From: Andalucia godoyi And28
Lineage: Eukaryota > Protista > Jakobida
NCBI GenBank assembly: GCA_009859145.1
Contig: VRVR01000031.1
Location: 186,001-250,000 of the forward strand
Length of the DNA stretch: 64,000 nt
Reading direction: 5' to 3'
Within the stretch, counting starts at the first letter, position 1, and each line of letters opens with the position of its first letter. The translations under genes were made by a program, and so were the position numbers. Shown one piece after another: positions 30,395 through 39,478 of the stretch. The notes beneath the pieces were generated by a model. It did no database searches. It saw only the letters and a program-made list of their open reading frames with translations, and was not told the DNA's origin.

Positions 30395-31497
30395 ATGAAT
30401 GATGAAAAGAGAATTTCCATTCTGATTCCCAAGAACCCGCCTTTGGAATTGGTAAAGCTGACCGTTAAAGAATGGGCAAAGCAGATTCTGTATTTGCGGA
30501 ACCAAATTCCTTCGTATGAAGCCACTTGACTTTTTTAAATTTCTTCTTCTTCATTTTCATCTCTTTTTAATTGCATGTTATTTTTTGATTCCTATGCAAT
30601 TGTATGTATGGCGCGATCTCCTAATGCGGATGCTCATAATACACGCACATGTACAGACCAGTTGATGCAATTGTTGCAGAGTACCAGGAGTTTCAGCAAG
30701 CGAGAAATTGCACAGACACCGACGACGGCCTCCACAAGCAGAAGAGGAGGATGATTTCGCATGCTGAGCGAAACTTGCAACGATTTGCAAAGAGCGTGCA
30801 AATTTGCATGTCTGCGATAGAGGACTTTGTTGATGGGATCTTTGGTTCATGTTCTTCATCATCATCATCCTCGATGGCTACGAGGGCTCCTCCTGTCCAT
30901 CGTCTTTATTCAGCAGTATGTGTGCTGGGCTCGTCGATCCACAGTGCGCAGGAAGTGTATGTGCTGCATTTCCCCAGCATCACGACCGGTTCTGTGCCGA
31001 GTCCGCAAGTGATCGGTAACGCAGTTCGACGCATTGTCCAGCAGATTGTCATGAATGGCGGATTGTCCGATTCTGCAGTTGCAAAGCCCACTCGATGTTC
31101 GTTGCTGATGGTCGCTTCGAAGCCGGATGAGCACCAAAAGCGGTCGAGCATGTTTCATCGCTGGAGAGTGCAAGCTGCGCCGTCTTCGTTGTCTCCTCAC
31201 GCTCTCTTCAATTCCTGGCGCAAAAGAAAAGGATGCAAAGTATCAGAATTCCAAGTCGTGGTTGCCGGATCAGAATCAGAATTGGCTGTCCAAAGTCCGA
31301 GTCCGAGTCCAAGTTCGCTTCCCAGTTCTAGCCAGGGTCAGACCGCGGATTGGACAAGTGCGGACATCGTGGATGCGAACGTGTGCATGTACGTGTGCAA
31401 GGAAAAGCTAGTGGGATTGCGCATCAAGGATGTGAACGAGGACGGGTTCGAAGATTCTTCGGACAGTGAATTTGACGATGGGTTTGGGGAAGTCTAG
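30395..31497 (+). CDS. MAD2L1BP: p31comet/MAD2L1-binding protein (HORMA), 2 exons (30395-30513, 30657-31497)
   Basis: Exon 1 ends VKEWAKQILYLRNQIP (p31comet-like ILYxRxQIP). A GTATGA...CAG intron of 143 nt joins in frame to the 30649-31497 ORF containing VLGSSIHSAQEVYVLHF and VRRIVQQIV. Confidence 0.75.
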
Positions 31498-31546
31498 CTC
31501 GCAATCGCAGCAGCAGTGGGTACTGTTTGATAATCAAACGTGTACG

Positions 31547-32350
31547 TTACGGTGACTTCTGTGCACAGACCAGACAGTACTGGACCAGCGCGGGTACATT
31601 GGTGTTGAGATCCGTGGTTCCGAAAGCATTGAGCAAGTCCCTTGTCAGATCCGGGATTGGATCGAGGCCCTTCCCGCGCATTGTGATGACGGGCGAGACC
31701 GTGGACTGCAACTTGAGGAAAGATCCAATGGTGTACGTTGCCGGAACCTCGAACGTGAACCTCTTTCTGTTTCCCAAAGGAGCGACATCGAGTTCTTCGT
31801 ACAGACTGTCGACAAGATGCATCTTTGGGTTCTTGTACGGCTGCAACGTGACGTCCCAAAAGTGGTTGATGACCTTTGTTGCCTCCTCTGCGTCGACGAA
31901 CCGGGTCCGCGAGTACGTGAAGAAGGATGCTGTGCCGCCTGCAACCAGCACCCGATTGCACTCCTTCATGAATGCAGGAATATCAAACCAGTGGATTCCC
32001 GCAGCAACGTTCACATGGTCCACAGCTGCATCCGGCATCCCAGACTCTTCGGCTTTTGTACGCCGGTACGTGATGTTCTCGGCCGGAAACGCGTGCTTCA
32101 GCTGCTCCTCCGATGCATCCGTCGCAACTACTGCCGAAAAGTACCGCGCGAGTTGGATCGCTGCTTGTCCTTGTCCCGTCGCACAGTCCAGACACACCCC
32201 GACCCGCCCGCTTGCGTCCGCACCATCACCTGCAACTCCACGACCCATATAACTCAATATATGGTCATACACAATCTGAGGATGTCGAGGACGGTTCGCC
32301 GCATACGCAGAGGCAGCAGGCGAAAACAAGTCTGTAAAATCCTGTGACAT
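31547..32350 (-). CDS. Class I SAM-dependent methyltransferase (Methyltransf_11-like)
   Basis: YAANRPRHP, CLDCATGQGQAA, TDASEEQL, AAGIHWFD. Confidence 0.92.
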   Translation of the reverse strand: MSQDFTDLFSPAASAYAANRPRHPQIVYDHILSYMGRGVAGDGADASGRVGVCLDCATGQGQAAIQLARYFSAVVATDASEEQLKHAFPAENITYRRTKAEESGMPDAAVDHVNVAAGIHWFDIPAFMKECNRVLVAGGTASFFTYSRTRFVDAEEATKVINHFWDVTLQPYKNPKMHLVDSLYEELDVAPLGNRKRFTFEVPATYTIGSFLKLQSTVSPVITMRGKGLDPIPDLTRDLLNAFGTTDLNTNVPALVQYCLVCAQKSP

Positions 32351-32673
32351 TTTTCCTTTTCCTGTTTCTTCTGCTTTTCGTTCCTCCTCTCTCTCAAATT
32401 CTCAATAACAAAAAACATCAGCAAAACCACCCCAAAATGCAGACCTTGTGTTGGACGAGTTTCTGAGCTGACCCGCTACGGCCGGCCAGACGCTTTTTCC
32501 CTCCCCGCAAAACGGTTCCCCGATTTCCCCGACAAAAAGCATGCTCGGCTTTTCCTTCCAACTTGCGGGCCGGGGATCGCTGGGGCGCCGTTGACGGACG
32601 GGGTTTTATCTGTCGGTGCCTGGTAGAATTACCAGTAAGAATAGATACGTAGGGTTTCGGTAAGCGGAGAGCC

Positions 32674-33360
32674 ATGACGGCCTTGGCGAGCGTGCGCAGG
32701 CTGACGAAAGACGACGTGGCAAGATACAGGGCACTTCGACTACGGGCGTTTCAAGAGTCGGCGAGTTCATTCAGCGAGAGTTTTGAAGACGAGGTGAATC
32801 AACCAATCGAGTATTTTCAACGTGTGATGATGATGAGGTGCGACGATGGCGACGGCGACGGCGACGGCGACGGCAATAACGACAGCCAAGAACATTTCAC
32901 GCTTGGTGCATTTGCAACAGCCATGGCAGCTGCCTCCCATCCACCGGTGTCCACTGCAGTGTCCCTGTCAGCGCCAGTGGCCGGGCGAGTGCCAGGGTCA
33001 GTGGCTGGGTCGGGGTCCGGATCACAAGAGGATGAGCCGGTGCTTATTGGGATTGCAACGTTTAAAAGGGACGGTCGATCAAAAGCGCGCCACAAGGGCT
33101 ACATTCACACAATGTTTGTTGCGCCAGAGCATCGAGGCTGCGGAATCGGGCAGTCCATTCTGAGACAGCTGATCGAGCAGGCGAGATCGCTGGATGGGCT
33201 GGAGCAAATGCATCTGTGGGTGCTGCAGCCACACACATCGGCTGCGCGAAGAATGTACGAGCGCGTTGGGTTCGTGATGCAGGGCACTGTCGTTTGTCGT
33301 GATTTAAAGATCGGTGGGGTGTATGTTGATGCAGCGTACATGAGCCTTGGCTTCTCATAA
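32674..33360 (+). CDS. GNAT acetyltransferase, bacterial-like
   Basis: RRLTKDDVARYRALRLRAFQES..SF, KARHKGYIHTMFVAPEHRGCGIG, ARRMYERVGF; low-complexity insertion. Confidence 0.9.
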   Translation: MTALASVRRLTKDDVARYRALRLRAFQESASSFSESFEDEVNQPIEYFQRVMMMRCDDGDGDGDGDGNNDSQEHFTLGAFATAMAAASHPPVSTAVSLSAPVAGRVPGSVAGSGSGSQEDEPVLIGIATFKRDGRSKARHKGYIHTMFVAPEHRGCGIGQSILRQLIEQARSLDGLEQMHLWVLQPHTSAARRMYERVGFVMQGTVVCRDLKIGGVYVDAAYMSLGFS

Positions 33361-33504
33361 TAAAAAAATAAAAACACAAACACAAGCACAAAACGCCAAC
33401 TGGTCTGGTAACAACACACGTGCGGAGACGGGGCAATGCTGGACAAGTACGATTAAAAAACCTTAAAAAAGAAACAGTATGTATAAACATATTCATTTGT
33501 CATG

Positions 33505-34401
33505 TTAAATCTTGGGGACCGTCCAGACACAGTTGGACTCGATTCCGAGGTTGTCCGAGTGCATCTTGATTCTGGCAAAGCCGCCATCGGCCCAGTAGGT
33601 ACCCCACGAGTTTCGGAGGACCCAGAACTCCTCCTTGGAAGCGGCATCGACGCCGAATCCAACGACGGAGATGACGTGGTTGATGGAAATAGACGGCAGC
33701 ACCTCGGAGTAGATGCTTCCTCCTTTGAATGCTTCAAAGTTTGCAGTTGCATCGATCTCGCAGGCGATGGGTCCTCGCGCATAAATCTCAGCCTTCATTG
33801 CATCTGCGCCGGAAATGGAGCCAAACTCTGCAGCGTAGTACTTTGTGTATGACGTCACCGCCGAGCATTTTCCAGGGAATCCATATGCGCAAGTCTTGCA
33901 GTATGCCTCATCGTTGCACGTTCCATCTTCTGCGCGGTACGGAGCACAGGTCTCATCGCCCATTCCATGTGCATTCAGATACTGCGCAGTGCACAGAAAG
34001 TCGCCACCATGGCACGATCCGCAGACGGGGCAATCCAGCAGAGTTTGACGAGAAATTGCAATTTCCGGGAAATCAGCACGTCGAGCAATCTTCAGACGGT
34101 CGCTGAATGCAGAGACCGATGCATGCAGCCAGCACGATCCGCAGTATTGAGGAATATGTTGGTTAATGCTTGGCGTAACCCAGTTCGTCTGCGTCGTTCC
34201 AGAAAGAGACGCATTGCGCCAGTCCCATGCAGAAGGCACATCGGCAACTGACAAGACTTGATGCGGCAGCGGAGTCACGATGACCTCCAGCGGTGCTCCA
34301 GGAAGACGTCTGGACACGACCTCGGAGCGACGACCCGCAACACTGCTCACCGTGCACACAACCAGCGTAGCCACAACACACAACAGCACTGCAGCCCTCA
34401 T
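33505..34401 (-). CDS. CTSZ: Cathepsin Z/X-like papain-family cysteine protease
   Basis: Signal peptide, short prodomain, WDWRN, NQHIPQYCGSCW, INHVISVVGFG, RNSWGTYW. Confidence 0.93.
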   Translation of the reverse strand: MRAAVLLCVVATLVVCTVSSVAGRRSEVVSRRLPGAPLEVIVTPLPHQVLSVADVPSAWDWRNASLSGTTQTNWVTPSINQHIPQYCGSCWLHASVSAFSDRLKIARRADFPEIAISRQTLLDCPVCGSCHGGDFLCTAQYLNAHGMGDETCAPYRAEDGTCNDEAYCKTCAYGFPGKCSAVTSYTKYYAAEFGSISGADAMKAEIYARGPIACEIDATANFEAFKGGSIYSEVLPSISINHVISVVGFGVDAASKEEFWVLRNSWGTYWADGGFARIKMHSDNLGIESNCVWTVPKI

Positions 34402-34512
34402 CCACAACCAAAAAACAACAACAGCAACTCAAAAAAATCCCTCTCTTTTTCCTACTGATGATCTCTCCTGAAGAAACTAAAAAGAAACCGAAAGTTCTCA
34501 TACTTCAACGTT

Positions 34513-34606
34513 GAGGACTGACTTGGAAACTCTGTTCGGAATTCCTTGCGGGGGAATGACATGTCACCGGGTCAGTCCCGGTATGTGTCACCGCCGGTCA
34601 GTCTCC
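34513..34606. ncRNA. Candidate ~95-nt structured element (three-way junction)
   Basis: Closing stem GAGGACTGAC/GTCAGTCTC, internal hairpins ATTCC..GGAAT and TGACA...ACCGGG-TCAGT-CCCGGT...TGTCA; strand unresolved. Confidence 0.3.
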
Positions 34607-34709
34607 AGTTGTTATTCAAACCAATGCTGTCAAATGACGCATATAGTGTCCGATGTGCTGAGAACCGCAGGATGGACGTACGTACGGAGTCTCTGCAGCA
34701 TATGGCTTC

Positions 34710-35870
34710 ATGCGTGATGATGTGAATCGACGGACCACTCGCACGCCGTGGTGGTGTTTTCACTCGTGTCTGCATCACCTTGCGGTCTCCAGCGGGCTGC
34801 TCGCAGTTCTCTGGCACCAATCGTACTTTCTGCCCGCGAGCCGTCCCTGCCCCAACCTCGCCAACTTGGAAAATAGCAATCTTGATCTTCCTTTTGCGTC
34901 GTATCTGATTCCGACGTCGCACAACTCGTACCTCCTTCATTGTTCTCAACTCTGGGGCACGGTCTCCGAGCATGCATACGCAGACTTGATTGAGCGAGCG
35001 AATTGCAAGTGCGTGGAAATCGATGTCGTCGATGATCCGCAGGCCGACTCTTCGTTTGCAGTCACGCATCGGCACACTCTCTGCAGCAAAGTCCCGCTTT
35101 CACGAGTTCTCGCCCAGATCCGCGAGTCGTATCAACGACTTTGCCAAGCAGCACAACCACCATCATCTTCGGCGTCGCCATCGTTTCCGGAGAACGGGGA
35201 TGACTCGCCACTCATCCTGTCCATCGAGGTTCGAACGCCAAGAATCGGCGCATTGTGCGATGTTATCCGACAGCAGCTTGGCTCTCTGTTGTTTGAATGG
35301 CCATACGAGATCGACAGGGAGTCTCCGATCACACCCGGTTCGTGTCGCGGTCGGATTCTCATTCAGAATGCAGTGGGCGTTCCGCTGTCCATCTCCTGCA
35401 TTCCGTGCTTCAACGTCGCAGAAACGCATCTGAGGTCTGTCAGCGAGGACATCCAAGATATGTACAAGACGGTGCACGAGCGTCCGATTGACGAGGGGCA
35501 TCGAATTGTGCGAGTGTATCCTGGCTGGTGGCGAATGTGGTCCTCCAATATGCGCTGGGACATGCGCTTCGACTACAACATGGTAGGCTGGAACTACCAG
35601 AAGCGGTCCCTCTTTCCGCTTTTCAGCCAGCGAGCGGTGCAATCCTCTGCAGACGCGGAACGTTCTTCTTGGTGGGACCCAAGAACGGCTACACAGCTTG
35701 CGGGATATGTGCTGAAACGGCATTCCATACACTTGCGCGGCCCGCTTGCGTGGTGGACACTGCCCGAGTCTCTTGGGCCTCCTCCGTTGATGGAGTCGGT
35801 TCTTCGAGAGCAACTTCTTTTTCAACGCGAGTTCCGTGACTCGCCCTCGCCCTCTGAAAATGCAAAATGA
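34710..35870 (+). CDS. Minimal phosphoinositide phospholipase C (X-Y catalytic domain only)
   Basis: SHNSY, CVEIDVVD, THRHTLCSKV, ILSIE (X box); VRVYPG..WSSN..MVGWNYQK (Y box). Confidence 0.8.
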   Translation: MRDDVNRRTTRTPWWCFHSCLHHLAVSSGLLAVLWHQSYFLPASRPCPNLANLENSNLDLPFASYLIPTSHNSYLLHCSQLWGTVSEHAYADLIERANCKCVEIDVVDDPQADSSFAVTHRHTLCSKVPLSRVLAQIRESYQRLCQAAQPPSSSASPSFPENGDDSPLILSIEVRTPRIGALCDVIRQQLGSLLFEWPYEIDRESPITPGSCRGRILIQNAVGVPLSISCIPCFNVAETHLRSVSEDIQDMYKTVHERPIDEGHRIVRVYPGWWRMWSSNMRWDMRFDYNMVGWNYQKRSLFPLFSQRAVQSSADAERSSWWDPRTATQLAGYVLKRHSIHLRGPLAWWTLPESLGPPPLMESVLREQLLFQREFRDSPSPSENAK

Positions 35871-36176
35871 CGAGGAAAATGAATGCAGGAAGTTTTACTT
35901 CAAGCAGAGGAAAAAGCAGAAAAACCGCCATCATAATAATAACTATAACTGTATAAAAAAGCAAGCAAACAAACACACAAACAACAACAACAAAAACAAC
36001 AAATACACGCGAACGAAAAACGAACAAAACGAATCATGGCACAGACAGCCACCTTGACATCATAAAGGTATACATCAGAAACAGAATCCACACCGGACAG
36101 GGGGCGGGGTGGGTGGCGACGTTGATGATGACGGTTGTTCATGGCATCACACTCCAAGAGGAACCGCAGTGACCGC

Positions 36177-38780
36177 TTACGGATTCTGGGATTTTCCTGG
36201 CCAGTTGCGCTGATCAACGTCGGCGACCTGAATTGCGGACAGGATCCACATATTGAGCATGGCTTCCCATTCAAAGATACGGAATGGAAGCGCAAGAGAG
36301 GATGGTGCCTTCCAGACGGGAGACCCCTTCGGAACGAGCTTCTCAACATCGCCTACCATTGACTGATCCTCCGGTCCGAACAACAACAAGTACGCCTTCG
36401 GATCCGAGAAGTCCTGCTGGAGGGGCCCGTGCGGGAACTCGAGAAAGTCCGTCGAGATGGGCTGATGCGCGAAGATTCCTTCCGAGAACTTGAGGGACAG
36501 GTTGAATCCGGCGACAGGCCACGGGTGACCTGCAAGGACATGCACGGGCCGAGCCTTGCTTGCAACCACCGACGTCCAAGCATTGTCTGGCAGCAGTCGA
36601 TACGCCTCCTGTACCGCCTTAAAGATCTTTTGCTGCTGCTCCGGCAGATCGAAGATGCGGGGAAGATCCTTGTCAATCTTCTCGTCGTCGAATGCAGAAA
36701 ATACAATCTGCAGCGCCGCAACGTATCCACACAGCGGTCCAATAGTCCGGATGAAGATTCCCGATTCATCTGCAGCTGGAATTCGAACAATCGTCACGTC
36801 CGCGGCGGACTCGAGCTCGGCGTTACGCGCCGCAGTCACGACAATCGTCTGCGCAAAGCGAGACCGGATCTCGGGCTTCAATGCCATTGCAGAGTGCGGG
36901 GACAGTCCCTGCGAAAACACAACCAAGGTCGTTGACTCCTTGTCAACTTGCAGCTCAGGAATCGCCGAATAAGGAACAACATCCGCAAGCACCTTCTTAC
37001 CGTGCAAAACGTACTTGCGAATCAAAAACTGCAGGTACAATGCGTGTGCCTTGGACTCGCCAGTGCCAGTCAGCACAAACCGAGCGCATGCGGACTTGTT
37101 CAGTGGTTTGGCCATGTTCAGACGCTGATCAATGCCATACGATGCAAGCATACTCTTGAGAATACGCTCGGAATCCATCGTTCTGTGCAGCAGCAGATGG
37201 TGTCCTTTGGGATCTGCGCTGTCCTCGACGTTGAGAATGCGATGCACCCGGATTCCTGCCTTGTCTAGCGCAGACGACCAAGAATCGCGAGCCAAATCGG
37301 AATGCGAAATCAGCTGGCAGGACTTGACACCACGGTGCAGCAACAGCTGCACAGTCGCATCACGGTCTGCGTAGTCTCTGCCTTCCGAAACACCCAGCAG
37401 TTTGAAGATCTCTGCCTCCGCCTGTTCCGAAGTCACATTCGCATTGATGGCTGCATGGTTTTGCATCATGTAGGATGCTGCAAGCGAACCAAAACCAACT
37501 CCGCGACCGTCGTGCGGATACAACAACAAGAATCCAGCGCCATGGCGAACGATGGCCTCAATGGACCGGCGGAAGATCTTTCGAGGGCGAACGGACGGAT
37601 CATTCTTGTCCAGCGGGAATCTGTTCCAAAGGGATTCCGACTGCAAACGAACGACAGGAAGGCCCAACGGATCGACCTCGGCACACTCGTACTGCAAAAG
37701 GACGAACTCGGTATTGAGCACGATATCACGATACACGTGGATTCGGAACCAGTTGGGCTTCATGCGCAGCGGGCCTGGAATTTCCTGTCCTTCCGGAACG
37801 CGAATCAGATGACGGCCTCCGCGAATCCACTCATGCTCCACGTTGGGGCCAAGCTCCGATTGCAAAGCATCGTACTCGGCTTGCGACAGGACAACGCGAT
37901 TTGAAACAGGCCTCATTGGCAGCAGGTATGACGCCATGTAGATAAACCGCTGTGCGTTCGGCACGACATGCGGTTCGAACGGGGCGATTGGATAGATGCT
38001 CTGAGGCAGCTGCGCAGCGAATCGTGGCAGCTTCACCTTGGTCAAGAGCAGATGGTGCCCGCTCATCGCCTTTGACTTCAGATAGGCAGCGTTGAACGGC
38101 CCTGGCGTGAACTCAAGGTTAACAATCTCGGTGATCTTGAATCCAATTGAAGTCAAGCCCTGAATCTTGTCCGGGTTGTTCGACAACAGCACCCAGTCTA
38201 CATCCGTTCGCAGCCCCATGAGTTTGCACGCGTCGCCGATGGAGCGATAGTCTCTGTAGTCCGGCTTGACACCCATGCACGCATACGCCTGGAAGGTGTT
38301 GATTCTCTCATGCGTGAACTGCGTCAGCTGAATTCCACGGGCTTTGATGTTGTACCCGGCAGCGCGTCCTTCTTGCAACAAGTACCACAAAATGCCTCCA
38401 CAGTCCGACTTTGCAATGCGTTCAAGCGCACCATGAAGCTGCTGCACGCAGTCGCAGTCCACTCCATGCAGCGTCTCGGACGAAATGCACGATGAGTGCG
38501 CCCTCGTGTAGAGCCTCTTTGAGTTCCGGATGTCTCCGCGGCCCGAAACCACCGCCATGGTGTACGCATTCGTCGTCACGTCCTGGAACACAAGCATTCG
38601 AAAAGTCCCTACGCGAGTTGGAAGGTCTGCTGCAGAGAGGAAAATCGTCGTTCCATGCATCGGACGCTGCTTCAGAACCTCTGGAGACGGATTCACAAGA
38701 TCAATCCCAGACGGATTCAGAAGCGAATAGTCCGGGGTAAACGGACCCGGTGACTTTGGCGATGCGGTTGGGCTGTCCAT
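36177..38780 (-). CDS. Fusion enzyme: GTP cyclohydrolase II-like + degenerate cyclohydrolase + GlmS-type double SIS (867 aa)
   Basis: RAHSSCISSETLHGVDCDC, QEGR, DYRDY, LLSNNPDK, NAAYLKSKAMSGHHL; second copy VVRLQSES...HDGRGVG...RDY; SIS motifs TGTGES, FSQG, LKFSEG, EFPHGP, DVDQRNWPGK. ATG at 38780. Confidence 0.85.
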   Translation of the reverse strand: MDSPTASPKSPGPFTPDYSLLNPSGIDLVNPSPEVLKQRPMHGTTIFLSAADLPTRVGTFRMLVFQDVTTNAYTMAVVSGRGDIRNSKRLYTRAHSSCISSETLHGVDCDCVQQLHGALERIAKSDCGGILWYLLQEGRAAGYNIKARGIQLTQFTHERINTFQAYACMGVKPDYRDYRSIGDACKLMGLRTDVDWVLLSNNPDKIQGLTSIGFKITEIVNLEFTPGPFNAAYLKSKAMSGHHLLLTKVKLPRFAAQLPQSIYPIAPFEPHVVPNAQRFIYMASYLLPMRPVSNRVVLSQAEYDALQSELGPNVEHEWIRGGRHLIRVPEGQEIPGPLRMKPNWFRIHVYRDIVLNTEFVLLQYECAEVDPLGLPVVRLQSESLWNRFPLDKNDPSVRPRKIFRRSIEAIVRHGAGFLLLYPHDGRGVGFGSLAASYMMQNHAAINANVTSEQAEAEIFKLLGVSEGRDYADRDATVQLLLHRGVKSCQLISHSDLARDSWSSALDKAGIRVHRILNVEDSADPKGHHLLLHRTMDSERILKSMLASYGIDQRLNMAKPLNKSACARFVLTGTGESKAHALYLQFLIRKYVLHGKKVLADVVPYSAIPELQVDKESTTLVVFSQGLSPHSAMALKPEIRSRFAQTIVVTAARNAELESAADVTIVRIPAADESGIFIRTIGPLCGYVAALQIVFSAFDDEKIDKDLPRIFDLPEQQQKIFKAVQEAYRLLPDNAWTSVVASKARPVHVLAGHPWPVAGFNLSLKFSEGIFAHQPISTDFLEFPHGPLQQDFSDPKAYLLLFGPEDQSMVGDVEKLVPKGSPVWKAPSSLALPFRIFEWEAMLNMWILSAIQVADVDQRNWPGKSQNP

Positions 38781-39478
38781 GAGCAATAAGATTTTAATAT
38801 AAAAAAACCAAAAAAGTACGCAGGACAGAAAGCAGAGACCAATATCAAAAACAAAAACAAAAACAAAAACAAAAATAACAATAACAATAACAATAACAAT
38901 AATGATCTCAAGATAGTAAAAGAAGAGAGACGCGCGATCTTGAATGGAGGAGGATAAGTGGAATACGGAAACAGAGGAGCCCCCATTAAAGACGTGTCCG
39001 CGAGTGTGTTTTTTCTTTTTCTTTTCTTGGATTTGAGAGTGATGAAGCATCAAGCCGCTCCCTCTCCCCCCCCCCCCAAGAGGTTTTACGACTGCGCAGG
39101 AGTTGAAGAACTTGCAGCTTCATGTGAGTTTGTGTGGCTGTTTGCGGGCATTTTTCATGGTCCGAATCCCTGTGATCTTTCATTAAAAGAAGGAATCACT
39201 CCGATCGTTGCTTTCCTTCTTCTTCACGTTTGAATACATACATATATATGTAAATACCAAGATCAAGTCACTTCATCCGTTTCTTCTTTTATTTTATATA
39301 ATAGATTATATATTTTAAATCGACTTTTCCTTCCTTCAACCTTTTTCTTTTTTCATCCTTGATTTATTGGTGAATTTCACGTTTGCCTGCACTTTTTGTC
39401 TGCTGTTTTTATTTTTGAAAGACTGCTTTCTTCTTTTTCTCCTGTTTCCACCACCACTCCTCCTCTTTTTTTGTTGAA

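Noticed and set aside
34455-34485. CTGATGA...GAAAC hammerhead-like spacing
   Set aside because: The intervening stem II does not pair and there are no flanking stems I/III
34513-34606. tRNA-Sec or tRNA interpretation of the structured island (ends near CCA, contains TCA)
   Set aside because: No 7-nt anticodon loop and no D or T arm consensus
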